From Syntrophomonadaceae bacterium (lineage in GTDB: Bacteria > Bacillota > Syntrophomonadia > Syntrophomonadales > Syntrophothermaceae): DNA of 64,000 nucleotides. The stretch spans positions 10,337-74,336 of the forward strand of contig JAAYAC010000146.1 of the NCBI GenBank assembly GCA_012719535.1, written 5' to 3'. How positions within the stretch are numbered: position 1 is the stretch's first letter; the number at the start of each line of letters is the position of its first letter. The notes under the pieces are model-generated. The model worked only from the letters and a program-made list of their open reading frames with translations. It made no database searches and was not told where the DNA came from. Below, one piece after another: positions 1-10,696 of the stretch. The position numbers and the translations under genes were made by a program.

Positions 1-1005
1 CTCTTTTAACCAGGGCATCATAGCCCGTAGCTCCTTGCCCACCTTCTCTATGAGGTGTTCTTGTCCTTTCTTGCGTAGGGCATTGAATACCGGTCGCCCC
101 ACCTGGAATTCTAGCAATAGTTCGCGGGCAAAAGTACCGTCCTGAATAGCAGCCAGTACCCTCTTCATTTCCTGCCGGGTATCCTGGTTAATAATTCGCG
201 GCCCAACCGTCAGGTCACCGTACTCGGCGGTGTCGCTCACCGAGTAGCGCATCATGCCGATACCACCCTCGTAAATCAAGTCAACGATAAGCTTTAGCTC
301 GTGCAGGCATTCAAAATAAGCAATTTCCGGCTGGTAACCGGCCTCCACCAGCGTATCGAACCCGGCTTTGATCAATTCAGACACCCCGCCGCATAGCACA
401 CACTGCTCTCCGAACAGGTCGGTCTCGGTCTCTTCCTTGAAGCTGGTTTCAATGACCCCGGCCCGGGTACAGCCTATACCCTTGGCGTAAGCCAATCCCA
501 GGTCATGGGCGGTACCGGTGTAGTCGTTTGCCACGGCGATAAGGCCGGGAACCCCTACGCCCTTTTGGTACATGCGCCTGACCAGGTGGCCCGGGCTCTT
601 GGGGGCTACCATAAAGACATCGACCGTCGGGGGAGGTAGTATCTGCCCGAAATGTATGTTAAATCCATGTGAGAAGCCCAGGGCATCGCCTTCCTCCAGG
701 TATGGTTGAATCTTTTCCCGGTACAACCGGGCCTGGATATCGTCAGGCACCAGGATCTGAATCACCTGGGCCTTGGCGACTGCCTCATCCACCGGCATGG
801 GGGTTAGCCCGTCTTCTTTAACTTTATTCCACTCGCCAGTGGTAAATTCATCAACTGGCTCCCTTAGCCCGACCACTACATTTAGCCCGCTGTCCCGCAG
901 GTTTTGGGCCTGGGCGTGCCCCTGGCTTCCGTACCCAATTACGGCAATGGTTTTTCCTTTGAGTAGTTCCAGGTTAGCATCCGCATCGTAATACAGTTTG
1001 GCCAT
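1..1005 (-). CDS. ilvC: ketol-acid reductoisomerase (partial, C-terminus outside window)
   Basis: Minus-strand ORF running off the window edge. Translation from the ATG at 1003-1005 reads [40 protein letters not shown], which contains the KARI Rossmann motif GYGSQG. SD GAGGAGG lies upstream. It is not in the ORF track because it is open-ended. Confidence 0.93.
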   Translation of the reverse strand, partial: MAKLYYDADANLELLKGKTIAVIGYGSQGHAQAQNLRDSGLNVVVGLREPVDEFTTGEWNKVKEDGLTPMPVDEAVAKAQVIQILVPDDIQARLYREKIQPYLEEGDALGFSHGFNIHFGQILPPPTVDVFMVAPKSPGHLVRRMYQKGVGVPGLIAVANDYTGTAHDLGLAYAKGIGCTRAGVIETSFKEETETDLFGEQCVLCGGVSELIKAGFDTLVEAGYQPEIAYFECLHELKLIVDLIYEGGIGMMRYSVSDTAEYGDLTVGPRIINQDTRQEMKRVLAAIQDGTFARELLLEFQVGRPVFNALRKKGQEHLIEKVGKELRAMMPWLKE

Positions 1006-1095
1006 AAAAGTAAACCTCCTCGTGTATGTTGTTTGGTTTATTGCCAGCCGGCAAAACCGGCGGGAATACTGTATGATACCGAATACTATATACTC

Positions 1096-1575
1096 CTACT
1101 TAGCCCCCCTTAACATGGCCACCTTTCCCGTTCTCACCAGTTCCAGGATACCAAAGGGACGCAGTGAGTCCTCTATGGCGTTAATCTTGTTTTCGTCTCC
1201 GGTGGCCTCGATTATCAGGCTGTTGCGACCGATATCCACGATGCGGGCCCGAAAGACTTCTACAATCTGCATGATCTCGCCCCGTATCTGGGAATCGGCC
1301 CTGACCTTGACCAGAGCCAGTTCGCGGTCCACCGTGGGCTCCTCGGTAATATCATAAATCTTGAGGATCTCCACCAGTTTGTGCAGCTGCTTGGTAACCT
1401 GTTCTATAATAACGTCATCGCCATCGACAACTATAGTCATTCGTGATATATTAGGATTTTCGGTCCTTCCCACTGTCAGGCTGTCAATATTGTAGCCCCT
1501 CCGGCGAAAAAGGGTGGCTACCCTGGTCAGGACCCCCGGTTGATTCTCTACTACCACTGACAAGGTGTGCTTCAT
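1096..1575 (-). CDS. ilvN: acetolactate synthase small (regulatory) subunit
   Basis: 159 aa with an ACT-domain N-terminus ([36 protein letters not shown]). Its start overlaps the ilvB stop. Confidence 0.93.
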   Translation of the reverse strand: MKHTLSVVVENQPGVLTRVATLFRRRGYNIDSLTVGRTENPNISRMTIVVDGDDVIIEQVTKQLHKLVEILKIYDITEEPTVDRELALVKVRADSQIRGEIMQIVEVFRARIVDIGRNSLIIEATGDENKINAIEDSLRPFGILELVRTGKVAMLRGAK

Positions 1576-3263
1576 TCCTCATCACCCCCCAGCATGTTGT
1601 ACAGGGACTCTCCGGGCGGCACCATGGGAAAGACGTTGGCCTCCCTTTCAACCCAGAAATCAAGCAATACCGGCCGGTCGGTCACGGTCAGAGCCTCCTG
1701 TAGCACGGGCATTACGTCCTGGTAATCCTTGACCCTGATGCCTATAGCTCCATAGCTTTCCGCCAGCTTGACAAAATCGGGCTGCACACTTATATCGGTA
1801 TATGAATAGCGGCCACCGTAGAAGAGTTCCTGCCACTGGCGAACCATACCCAGGAAGTGATTGTTCAGTATACATATGATGATGGGCAGGCGTTGTTCTA
1901 CTGCCGTGCACAATTCCTGGATGTTCATCTGTATACTGCCGTCACCCGCTATGTCTATGACGGTCATGTCGGGCCTGCCGATCTTAGCTCCGATCGCCGC
2001 CGGCAATCCGAATCCCATCGTTCCCAGTCCCCCGGAAGTTATAAAGGTTCGAGGTTGGGTAAACTTGTAGAACTGGGCAGCCCACATCTGGTTCTGCCCC
2101 ACTTCGGTAGTAATGATGGCATGTCCCTGGGTGGCATAGTAAATCTGTTCTACGACGTACTGGGGTTTGATCCTTCCTTCCTCGTGCGACTCGCTGTAGG
2201 TCAAAGGAAACTCTTCCTTCCAGCGGTCTATGGTGCGGTGCCACTCGGTAAACTGCTCGCACGGCTGCAAGCGAGGTACGATTTCTTCCAAAACTTGTTT
2301 GACGTTGCCCACTATGGGAATATCCACCCCGAAGTTCTTGCCTATTTCCGCCGCGTCTATATCAATATGAATAACCTTGGCATGGGGGGCAAAGCTGCTG
2401 ATTTTTCCGGTTACCCGGTCATCAAACCTGACCCCTACCGCAATAAGAAGGTCAGCTTCGCTAACGGCGTAGTTGGCATACCTGGTGCCGTGCATCCCGA
2501 GCATCCCCAGGGAAAGGTAGTGGGTCTCGGGAAAACAACCTATTCCCATCAAGGTTGTAGCTACCGGTATTTTCATCTTGATGGCCAGTTCTTGCAGGAG
2601 CTCAGAGGCATCCGAACCGATTACTCCACCCCCGGCGTAAATTACCGGTCGCTCTGCCTTCTGAATCGTCTCAACCGCCAGAAGAACCTGTCCCATATTG
2701 CAGTTGCGGACCACCCGGTAACCCTTGAGCCCTACCTCATTGGGATAACCGTTGAAGTCCATATCTCCCGCCATGATGTCGCGGGGTAAGTCAACCACCA
2801 CCGGACCGGGACGGTTGGTGCGGGCAATATGGAATGCCTCCTTTATGGTCCGTACTAGGTCCTGGCCTTTTTTCACCAGGAAGTTGTGCTTGGTGATAGG
2901 TAGGGTTATCCCGGTAATATCAGCCTCCTGGAAGGCATCTCTGCCAATAAGACCAGTAGGCACCTGCCCGGTAAAGGCCACCATGGGCACAGAATCCATA
3001 TAGGCATTTGCTATGCCGGTCACCAGATTGGTGGCTCCCGGCCCCGAAGTGGACAGACACACTCCCACCTTGCCGGTTACGCGGGCATAAGCATCGGCCG
3101 CATGAGCGGCTCCCTGCTCATGGCGGACCAGAACGTGTTTGATATCCGATGAGTACAGGGCATCGTAGATGGGGAGGACCACCCCTCCCGGGTAACCAAA
3201 GATGACATCGACCCCTTCCTCTTTGAGACAGCGGATCAGCACTTCTGCTCCTTTTAATTTCAT
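1572..3263 (-). CDS. ilvB: acetolactate synthase large subunit
   Basis: 563 aa ThDP enzyme with the ThDP-binding motif [14 protein letters not shown]...NN. SD AGGAGG lies before the ATG. Confidence 0.95.
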   Translation of the reverse strand: MKLKGAEVLIRCLKEEGVDVIFGYPGGVVLPIYDALYSSDIKHVLVRHEQGAAHAADAYARVTGKVGVCLSTSGPGATNLVTGIANAYMDSVPMVAFTGQVPTGLIGRDAFQEADITGITLPITKHNFLVKKGQDLVRTIKEAFHIARTNRPGPVVVDLPRDIMAGDMDFNGYPNEVGLKGYRVVRNCNMGQVLLAVETIQKAERPVIYAGGGVIGSDASELLQELAIKMKIPVATTLMGIGCFPETHYLSLGMLGMHGTRYANYAVSEADLLIAVGVRFDDRVTGKISSFAPHAKVIHIDIDAAEIGKNFGVDIPIVGNVKQVLEEIVPRLQPCEQFTEWHRTIDRWKEEFPLTYSESHEEGRIKPQYVVEQIYYATQGHAIITTEVGQNQMWAAQFYKFTQPRTFITSGGLGTMGFGLPAAIGAKIGRPDMTVIDIAGDGSIQMNIQELCTAVEQRLPIIICILNNHFLGMVRQWQELFYGGRYSYTDISVQPDFVKLAESYGAIGIRVKDYQDVMPVLQEALTVTDRPVLLDFWVEREANVFPMVPPGESLYNMLGGDEE

Positions 3264-3364
3264 TTTTTCACCTCCTGATTGGGTTGCGGCGGAAGAGGCC
3301 GGAATTCCCTGTCATTCCTTTCTCTCCTCCTCCAAGATAGTTCTCTCTGTTGATAGTGCCGTCA

Positions 3365-3392
3365 TGTAAAAGGCGGGCCTCCAGCCCGCCTC
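3365..3392 (-). terminator. hairpin plus T-run after ilvD (terminator or attenuator inside the ilv cluster)
   Basis: Minus strand reads AGGCGGGC-TGGAG-GCCCGCCT followed by TTTTAC, about 20 nt after the ilvD stop. Confidence 0.5.
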
Positions 3393-3409
3393 TGGCATCA
3401 TATCAAAGG

Positions 3410-5071
3410 TTATTTTTTGAAAACGGCTCCGGTACTGGCGGATTGTACCATCTCAGCATACCGTTTCATATAACCTGATTTAATCTTGGGTTCGGGTACC
3501 TGCCATAGGTCCCTTCTCCTCTGTAGCTCTTCTTCGCTAACTCGTAGTATAAGGCTATGATTGGGTATATCTATGCTTATTATGTCTCCATCCTCTACCA
3601 GGGCAATAGTACCTCCTTGAGCAGCCTCGGGAGAAATGTGCCCAATAGAGGCACCACGTGTTGCACCGGAGAAGCGGCCATCGGTAATCAGAGCCACATC
3701 CTTATCCAACCCCATACCGGCAATCGCCGAAGTAGGGGTCAGCATTTCCCTCATACCCGGTCCTCCCCGGGGGCCTTCATAACGGATGACAACTACCTCG
3801 CCCTTGTTGATGCGGTTGGACAATATAGCAGCTACGGCTTCTTCCTCGGAATTAAAAACCCGGGCCCGGCCTTCATGGCATAGCATATCAGGTGCCACCG
3901 CGCCTTTCTTGACCACCGCGCCCTCCGGGGCCAGGTTACCGAAAAGCACGGCCAAGCCACCGGTGGGGCTGTACGGTTCCTCCACGCTACGAATAATGTT
4001 ATTATCCAAAACCGGACAATCCTGGATGTTTTCTCCTACGGTACGGGTCGTAACCGTGAGGCATTCCCGGTTGACCAGTCCGAGCTTGTCCAGTTCATTG
4101 AGAATGGCCTGAACCCCTCCCGCGGCATACAGATCTTGCATAAAAGCATCTCCGGCCGGCTCGATCTTGCACAGGTGGGGGGTAGTATCACTGAGCTGGT
4201 TGATGGCCTTCAGGTCAAGCCTAACCCCCGCCTCGTGGGCAATAGCCAGCAGGTGCAGGATGGTATTGGTCGAACAACCGATCGCCATGTCGAGCCGCAG
4301 CGCATTCATAAAAGCCGCCTCGGTCATGATATCCAGGGGCCGAATGCCTTTTTCCAGAAGTTCCATAACCTGCATGCCTGCCCGTTTGGCCAACCTGATT
4401 CTCTCAGCATAGACCGCCGGGATGGTTCCGTTACCGGGCAACCCCATGCCAATAGCCTCCGTAAGGCAATTCATGGAATTAGCGGTGAACATGCCGGAAC
4501 AACTTCCGCAACCAGGGCAGGCCACCTCTTCCAGGTGATACAGTTCCTCCACCGACATCCTGCCAGCAGCAACCGCTCCCACGCCCTCAAAAACGGTGTT
4601 CAGGCTTACGAGTTTGCCTCTGAAGTTGCCCGCCAGCATCGGTCCCCCGCTGACAAAAATACTAGGGATGTTCAGCCGCGCGGCTGCCATTAACATCCCG
4701 GGCACGATCTTGTCGCAGTTGGGGATGAAGACCAGGGCATCAAAGGGATGGGCCATGGCCATTACTTCTATGGAATCGGCGATTAACTCCCGGCTGGCCA
4801 GGGAGTACTTCATGCCGATATGGTTCATGGCGATACCATCACAGACCCCAATGGTGGAAAACTCCAGGGGAGTACCTCCTTTCATCCGCACGCCGGCTTT
4901 AACCGCTGCGGCGATCCGGTCCAGATGGATGTGCCCCGGAACAACCTCGTTGGCTGAATTTACTATACCCACCAGGGGTCTGGCCAATTCCTCATCGGTC
5001 AAACCCAAGGCTTTGAACAGTGAACGGTGAGGAGCCTTCTCCAGACCGCTCTTGGCTTGAGCACTCCTCAA
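3410..5071 (-). CDS. ilvD: dihydroxy-acid dehydratase
   Basis: 553 aa ILVD/EDD family protein with the motifs NCDKIVPGM and [11 protein letters not shown] start with SD GGGAGGG 8 nt upstream. Confidence 0.95.
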   Translation of the reverse strand: MRSAQAKSGLEKAPHRSLFKALGLTDEELARPLVGIVNSANEVVPGHIHLDRIAAAVKAGVRMKGGTPLEFSTIGVCDGIAMNHIGMKYSLASRELIADSIEVMAMAHPFDALVFIPNCDKIVPGMLMAAARLNIPSIFVSGGPMLAGNFRGKLVSLNTVFEGVGAVAAGRMSVEELYHLEEVACPGCGSCSGMFTANSMNCLTEAIGMGLPGNGTIPAVYAERIRLAKRAGMQVMELLEKGIRPLDIMTEAAFMNALRLDMAIGCSTNTILHLLAIAHEAGVRLDLKAINQLSDTTPHLCKIEPAGDAFMQDLYAAGGVQAILNELDKLGLVNRECLTVTTRTVGENIQDCPVLDNNIIRSVEEPYSPTGGLAVLFGNLAPEGAVVKKGAVAPDMLCHEGRARVFNSEEEAVAAILSNRINKGEVVVIRYEGPRGGPGMREMLTPTSAIAGMGLDKDVALITDGRFSGATRGASIGHISPEAAQGGTIALVEDGDIISIDIPNHSLILRVSEEELQRRRDLWQVPEPKIKSGYMKRYAEMVQSASTGAVFKK

Positions 5072-5432
5072 TGTAATAACCCTCCCTATGCAAATTCATT
5101 TAACCACAGGCAACGACTTGTTTTGTTTTTCTCTGAGCCGTGTTTTGAGCATCTATTTTCATGGCAGCAGATGTACGCAATCCTGGCACTCCGCCGACTA
5201 CTTACCCGTGACGATGGCAACGTTTAGTTGCCCGTATGCCGTCATTTTTCCATCGAAAAGAACCAGCTGAACGCCGCGCGTGGATCTTCAGCAAAACCAG
5301 AATTCTGAGTTCTCCATTCCCATTATGATGCAGGTCCCAGATTTTTGATGAACGGTCAGTGTTCATCTGAGTTAATCAGTATGTAATCTGTGGCCAGGTT
5401 TCTCACAGCAGGATTCCCCCCGGTTCCGTAGA

Positions 5433-6308
5433 TTAATAGATATCTACGCCGTCTACTTTAACCAGTTCGCGGAAGTCCTCCAGCAATTGATTGAAGATCG
5501 GTCCCGGCTCACCGTTGCCAATAACCCGGTCATCAATTTTGGTAACGGGAATGAGTTCCGCAGCGGTACCGGTCAGGAAACACTCGTCGGCGGTGAACAG
5601 GTCATAACGTGGCAAAACGGTTTCCTGCACCGGAATACCCCTTTTCTGCGCCAGTTCGATAACCGCATTGCGGGTAACGCCTTCCAGGATACCCAGGTAT
5701 GGCGCCGGGGTTTTGAGTACCCCGTTCTTGACAATAAAGATATTATCTCCGGTACACTCGGCTACGAACCCTTCCTGGTTCAGAAGGACCGCCTCGGGAA
5801 CACCAGCGATGTTCGCTTCAATCTTGGCCATGATATTGTTTAGGTAGTTGAGTGACTTGATGCGGGGGTTGACTCCTTCGGGAATGTTCCTCCGGGTCGG
5901 AACGGTTATTACTGACAAACCGATCCGGTACAGCTCCTCCGGGTACAGGGTAATTGATGAAGCGATATTCACTATAGTTGGTTGCGGGCACTTGTTCGGA
6001 TCCAGGCCGAGGTCGCCTTTCCCGCGGGAAATCACTAAGCGGATATAGGCATCGGTGAGGTTATTGCGACGGCAGGTCTCGCAAACAACCTCAATCATCT
6101 CCTCCTTGGTCAGGGGGACGGCGAGGTTGATAGCCTTGGCTGAATCATACAGGCGATCAATATGCTCTTGCAGGCGGAAGACCTTGCCATGGTAGGCTCT
6201 GATGCCTTCGAACACCCCATCCCCGTAAAGAAAACCATGGTCAAAAACGGATATCTTGGCCTCTTCTTCCGGCACAAATTCTCCGTTGAGATAAATCCAC
6301 AACCCCAT
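5433..6308 (-). CDS. ilvE: branched-chain amino acid aminotransferase (class IV)
   Basis: The ORF extends to 6317. The ATG at 6308 (MGLWIYLNGEFVPEEEAKISVFDHGFLYGDGVFEGIRAY) has SD GGAG 8 nt upstream. The translation has the class IV aminotransferase fold signature. Confidence 0.9.
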   Translation of the reverse strand: MGLWIYLNGEFVPEEEAKISVFDHGFLYGDGVFEGIRAYHGKVFRLQEHIDRLYDSAKAINLAVPLTKEEMIEVVCETCRRNNLTDAYIRLVISRGKGDLGLDPNKCPQPTIVNIASSITLYPEELYRIGLSVITVPTRRNIPEGVNPRIKSLNYLNNIMAKIEANIAGVPEAVLLNQEGFVAECTGDNIFIVKNGVLKTPAPYLGILEGVTRNAVIELAQKRGIPVQETVLPRYDLFTADECFLTGTAAELIPVTKIDDRVIGNGEPGPIFNQLLEDFRELVKVDGVDIY

Positions 6309-6348
6309 CCTAACCACTCCTTCAGATTGTATGATGCCAACAAAAACT

Positions 6349-6632
6349 AAAAACCCCCCGTCCCCACTTCAGGGACGAGAGGTTAATTCCCGCGGTACCA
6401 CCCTGTTTGCCGCCGCACAGCGGCCACTCCAAACGCATAATCGCGATAGTCCTTGGTAACGGACCAACCAGTCCGGCAGCACCTACTAAGCCTTACGGGC
6501 CGTTCAGATTTGCGACTCGAGGATGAGCTCCACACACTGTATTAGTACCGGTTTTCAGCTACCCCGGCTCTCTTTTAACTAAGGGACAGCGTGTGTCCTG
6601 TTCCCGTCATAGTCTTTCTGGAAAATTGATTT
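6349..6632 (-). promoter_or_regulatory. T-box leader (tRNA-sensing riboswitch), candidate Leu CUC specifier
   Basis: On the minus strand, stem I carries an AGAGAG box and a GGTAGCTGAAA distal loop. The specifier loop reads GGAGCUCA, with CUC at 6525-6527 followed by A. The T-box sequence AACAGGGTGGTACCGCGGGA lies at 6388-6407. A terminator (CCTCTCGTCCC-TGAAGT-GGGGACGGGGGG-TTTTT) lies at 6349-6382, directly upstream of ilvE. Confidence 0.85.
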
Positions 6633-6639
6633 GCTTTAT

Positions 6640-6668
6640 AGTATAGGGAAGATCTCAACAGGTGTCAA
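6640..6668 (-). promoter_or_regulatory. sigma-A type promoter of the ilv T-box leader
   Basis: TTGACA (6663-6668), a 17-nt spacer, then TATACT (6640-6645) on the minus strand. Confidence 0.65.
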
Positions 6669-6714
6669 CACGTTCCTTTCCGTACCCGGCAAAAATATTG
6701 GATAACCACCTGGA

Positions 6715-8706
6715 CTACAGGCCGACCTTCTTAATGTACTCCGAAAGGTGCAGGCCGGTATTCACCCCTGTGGCCCGCCGGGCCTTCCGCTGCAGGTTCA
6801 TCTGTTTAAACATCTTCCATAGGAGTTGCCGCCCCTCCATGCTCTGCCTGGCCTCTGCTGGAGAAAGTCCTTGCAGCGGTTTTAAGTTCGAACGGTACCA
6901 TTTTTCCAGGTAAGCCACCTTCAGCTCTCTTTCCAGCTGGGGATACTGTTCCCGGACTTCACGGGTCAGAATCCCAAATAAACCTCCCGGTTTGATTTCC
7001 ATCCCCTCGAATTCCAGGCATTCCTTGATACCCTTTTCAAACCTCTCCCTGACAATAGTAAGCTCCTTGTCGCCAAAGGCTGATACCGTAATCCAATTAT
7101 CCCCTACGACGTACTCAGCCACCAGTTCGCTATTCCCCGACTTTCCGCTGATACGGTATTCATACCATACCTGGCAACGCCCCGGGAGGTTATACTTGAC
7201 CCCCCGAATCTTCTCCAGCTTGGCCAGGATGCCATCCCAATCCCGGATAACATACCGGGCACTCAAGAATCGCATCCCATCTTCGCCGAACCTCTCCCCG
7301 CCGCTTCCCGCCAGGACATCTGCAAAGCTGAGGTACTGTCCGGAAAGGTAGCGGTAGGCCGTCAGGGCGCTGACTTCATGGCCGTTGACATAGACCGTGT
7401 TGCCGCCACGAGTGACGATTTCATGTAACATCTCCAACGAGTTCCGGTCTTTCGCCATAATGACCATTTCATCCCCGTTAATGATTAGATCCGCCAGCAC
7501 TCCGGTAAGGAAAAAGACTCCTTGTTCAAAATCGTCTTCATACCTGGTAATCCTTAGATGTACTCCGTAGGAAAGCTCACCCGCCTCCCTTATGTTGTCC
7601 ACCTCGTCGAGAGAACCGAGCAATTCTTCAACGTCCAGTATCTCGTACACGTTGCAGTAAACCTTGAAGGCAAGCGGATTAAGCTCGGAAAGCCCGCTGA
7701 CAATCTGGTGGGAGTCCTGGAATACCTCAACAATCAACCATCCGTCTTCACCTTTTTTCAGGCGAAAAGAGTACTCGCTGTGGTAAACCTCCTCCTCATC
7801 CATGCTTATGGTATAGGCTTTCACAACCGCGTTATTGCCGGCTACCCGGGTTTTGCTGACCCGACCCTCGATTAGCAGAGCACGATGGTTCATAAGCCTC
7901 TCCAACCGGCGGCCCAGGGAGTGGCGGGGAAATTTTTCGCCGCTGAGCAGGGAATAGATATAGGACATATCTTGCCGGCGCCGGGCGTAAAACAGGCTGT
8001 TGACCAGGCGGTGCGGAGACAACCGGGCGGAAATCCTGGCCAGCAGCTCTATCTGCTCCGCTTCACCCAAGTGGTGGGACATGTCCAAATACTTGCGAAA
8101 AAGAAACCGGCCCAGCCCCGGCCTTGTCATGTACTTGACATTAAAACCATACGCTTCCTGCACCAGGAATGATGCTTCGGCCAGGCTGATTTCTATCAGA
8201 TCGGGTAATGATTCTCTTTCTCTTTCATAGTCTTGCACGGTCATATCCGAAATGGCAAAAGAGCTGTGCAGCCCGTCCAGGCTGTATGAAAGGAAAAAAC
8301 AGTCAACATCCAGTGTTCCGGCCGGATTCCTCCACGCCACATCCACCGTAACCTGTCCAGTATGTCGGCTCCTGGTCGCGAAAGCCCGGTAAAACTCCCC
8401 CCGGCAAAACCGGGGCGGTTCCACACAGATACCGGCCATCTGGTATTTTTCCAGAGCCCTGTTGATGGGGCCTTCCAGTTCCTTGCCGTATTCTTCCTTA
8501 AGCAAATGAAGAAATACCACAAATTCCCTGTCGTAAAAGGCGGACAGGCTCTCAATAACGAAAGGGCGTAAATCGGGAGGTATATCTTCGATTATTTCCA
8601 GAGCAAACAACCTGCCCTCATTATTCTCCATGAGATTCTTTATATCTGCAAATAAACTCCTAATTAAGGATTTAGGAAAAAAATTCTTCCTTTTTCGCTC
8701 CTTCAT
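6715..8706 (-). CDS. large hypothetical protein (about 663 aa), no family recognised
   Basis: Long uninterrupted ORF, 695 aa in the track. The ATG at 8706 (MKERKRKNFF...) has GGAG 8 nt upstream. No motif I can assign. The C-terminal segment is WYRSNLKPLQGLSPAEARQSMEGRQLLWKMF. Confidence 0.7.
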   Translation of the reverse strand: MKERKRKNFFPKSLIRSLFADIKNLMENNEGRLFALEIIEDIPPDLRPFVIESLSAFYDREFVVFLHLLKEEYGKELEGPINRALEKYQMAGICVEPPRFCRGEFYRAFATRSRHTGQVTVDVAWRNPAGTLDVDCFFLSYSLDGLHSSFAISDMTVQDYERERESLPDLIEISLAEASFLVQEAYGFNVKYMTRPGLGRFLFRKYLDMSHHLGEAEQIELLARISARLSPHRLVNSLFYARRRQDMSYIYSLLSGEKFPRHSLGRRLERLMNHRALLIEGRVSKTRVAGNNAVVKAYTISMDEEEVYHSEYSFRLKKGEDGWLIVEVFQDSHQIVSGLSELNPLAFKVYCNVYEILDVEELLGSLDEVDNIREAGELSYGVHLRITRYEDDFEQGVFFLTGVLADLIINGDEMVIMAKDRNSLEMLHEIVTRGGNTVYVNGHEVSALTAYRYLSGQYLSFADVLAGSGGERFGEDGMRFLSARYVIRDWDGILAKLEKIRGVKYNLPGRCQVWYEYRISGKSGNSELVAEYVVGDNWITVSAFGDKELTIVRERFEKGIKECLEFEGMEIKPGGLFGILTREVREQYPQLERELKVAYLEKWYRSNLKPLQGLSPAEARQSMEGRQLLWKMFKQMNLQRKARRATGVNTGLHLSEYIKKVGL

Positions 8707-8961
8707 CCCGTACTCCATTCTCAAGTTATCTGGGCAAAATGCCGAAATTAACAATACCGGTGTGTCTATGACTAATTTATCATTTAGTATCACACCTGGC
8801 AAATACGTTTCCGACCTCTAGAACCAAACCTTTTATGTATCTTATGCAGTCCGGTGCTATAACGCCAGCGGCCAGTCTGAGAACAATTAACTGTAAAAGC
8901 AGGATTTGCACATCATGACGAAGAATTAGATCTCGGGCAAATTCAGCAGGTCGGGGGAATT

Positions 8962-10074
8962 ATGCTAAGGGTTAAAGTAGAATTCTTACAGGTAGGAATG
9001 GAAGTAGCCCGGAACATCTATGACAGTGATGGTAATGTTCTTTTGGCCACGGGCATGATACTGACTGATTACTACATTCGTCGCCTCAGCGAGCTGGGCA
9101 TAGCATCGGTATACATCAAGGACGATGTATTCGACTCCCTTGACGAAGTACAGGATATCATTTCAGAACAAACCCGCCTGGAAACCATTCAGGCGGTCAG
9201 GGAGAGCTTCAGGTCCCTGGAAGCCAACCGGCGCATCAATACCCGGAGTGTAAAAAAGGTGGTTGACGCGATCCTTGATGATCTGCTGTCCAACCCCCAA
9301 ATCCTGGTTAACCTGAGCGACATACGCAGTTACGATGACTACACCTTCGGGCATTCGGTCAACGTATGCGCACTGTCCCTGCTCACAGGTATTACTTTGG
9401 GTTATGATGAGCTCAGGCTTAAAGAGCTGGGGATCGGAGCATTGCTGCACGATATAGGTAAGATTCGCCTGGACAAGGATTTATTAAACAAGCCAGGCGG
9501 GTTTAACGAAGATGAATATAATCAAATAAAGCAACACACCATCCAGGGTTACAAAATACTGCGAACCTACGATGATATCCCGCTCCTGTCGGCCCACATC
9601 GCCCTGCAACATCATGAACGCTGGGACGGCAACGGCTACCCGCGCGCCCTGCGTAAAGAAGAGATCCACGAGTATGCTCGTATTGTTGCCGTGGCCGATG
9701 TATATGATGCCCTGTTGGCAGATCGTCCATACCGCTCCGGGTATTCGGTCAACCAGGCCGTGGCCATTCTGACCCGCATGTCCAACATGTATTTTGAACC
9801 TCGCTCTCTGGCCGCCCTGGTGGGCAACATCGCCATCTACCCGATCGGCAGTGTGGTGACCCTGAACACCGGCGAAATCGGAATGGTAATTGATGTAAAC
9901 CGTAACGCTCCTACCCGCCCGGTCGTCAGGGTGGTCTTTGACCGGAACCGGAAAAGGCTGACCCCCCCACGCGAGATAGATCTCACCAGGTTTACCACCG
10001 TATATATAGCGCGCGTTCTCAACGAGCAGGAAATCCTCAGGATAAAAGGTGGAGGCGAGTTCATAGACAGTTAA
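8962..10074 (+). CDS. HD-GYP domain protein (probable cyclic-di-GMP phosphodiesterase)
   Basis: 370 aa. Contains the HD motif LLHDIGK and the HHERWDGNGYP signature of the HD-GYP subfamily. Confidence 0.88.
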   Translation: MLRVKVEFLQVGMEVARNIYDSDGNVLLATGMILTDYYIRRLSELGIASVYIKDDVFDSLDEVQDIISEQTRLETIQAVRESFRSLEANRRINTRSVKKVVDAILDDLLSNPQILVNLSDIRSYDDYTFGHSVNVCALSLLTGITLGYDELRLKELGIGALLHDIGKIRLDKDLLNKPGGFNEDEYNQIKQHTIQGYKILRTYDDIPLLSAHIALQHHERWDGNGYPRALRKEEIHEYARIVAVADVYDALLADRPYRSGYSVNQAVAILTRMSNMYFEPRSLAALVGNIAIYPIGSVVTLNTGEIGMVIDVNRNAPTRPVVRVVFDRNRKRLTPPREIDLTRFTTVYIARVLNEQEILRIKGGGEFIDS

Positions 10075-10362
10075 CCATATCAAACGGTCAATTGTCATTT
10101 TGTGGCTGGCATAAAAATCGTTACTGTCAAAAAAATAATACCGGGGTGATTGATTTGACAGTAAAGATTTTGGCGGCCTTTCTACTTGTTTTCATCGCCG
10201 GTTCCATGCTATATGTATTGATTCACAAAGTGCTTCCCTCCGTAATGAGCAAAAGGTAAGCCATTACAGTACTGCTCGCCGGGCTGGGCTGGACTTAGCT
10301 GGCTTTACGAAATATTTGGGCCATGGATCGCAAAAACTAAACCAAAAGGAGGGATCTCCGGC

Positions 10363-10512
10363 ATGTTTAGACGCAACCTTGACGGCAGCCGCAAACCCGC
10401 ATGGAAGTATGAGTACCTGGCGGTTCCCATCGCCTTCATCAACGGGCTGTTCTTCGGCGGCTATATCCTGCGCAAGATGCGCCAGTACTGGGAAAGAGGC
10501 CCCATGGACTAG
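10363..10512 (+). CDS. small membrane protein (49 aa), hypothetical
   Basis: Not in the ORF track because it is under 60 aa. ATG preceded by AAAGGAGGG at about 10 nt. The product MFRRNLDGSRKPAWKYEYLAVPIAFINGLFFGGYILRKMRQYWERGPMD has one predicted TM helix. It is followed by the hairpin at 10564-10586. Confidence 0.5.
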   Translation: MFRRNLDGSRKPAWKYEYLAVPIAFINGLFFGGYILRKMRQYWERGPMD

Positions 10513-10563
10513 GCGTTTCAGTCTGGCCTTGTTGTAGTTGGCATAAGTTTTCGCAACCAATTA

Positions 10564-10586
10564 AAACCCCGGAACTCCCGGGGTTT
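10564..10586. terminator. symmetrical hairpin between convergent genes (possible bidirectional terminator)
   Basis: AAACCCCGG-AACTC-CCGGGGTTT, a 9-bp stem with A/T-rich flanks on both sides. It lies between the small plus-strand ORF and the minus-strand endonuclease III-like gene. Confidence 0.45.
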
Positions 10587-10696
10587 AGACTTTATATGTT
10601 GATATTTTTTCCTCCTTCATCCTGTTACGTTTAGACTTTATATGGGTAAATGCTTGACGCCCCCCCATATTGCTGCCGGGGCCGGTACAGTCAGCC

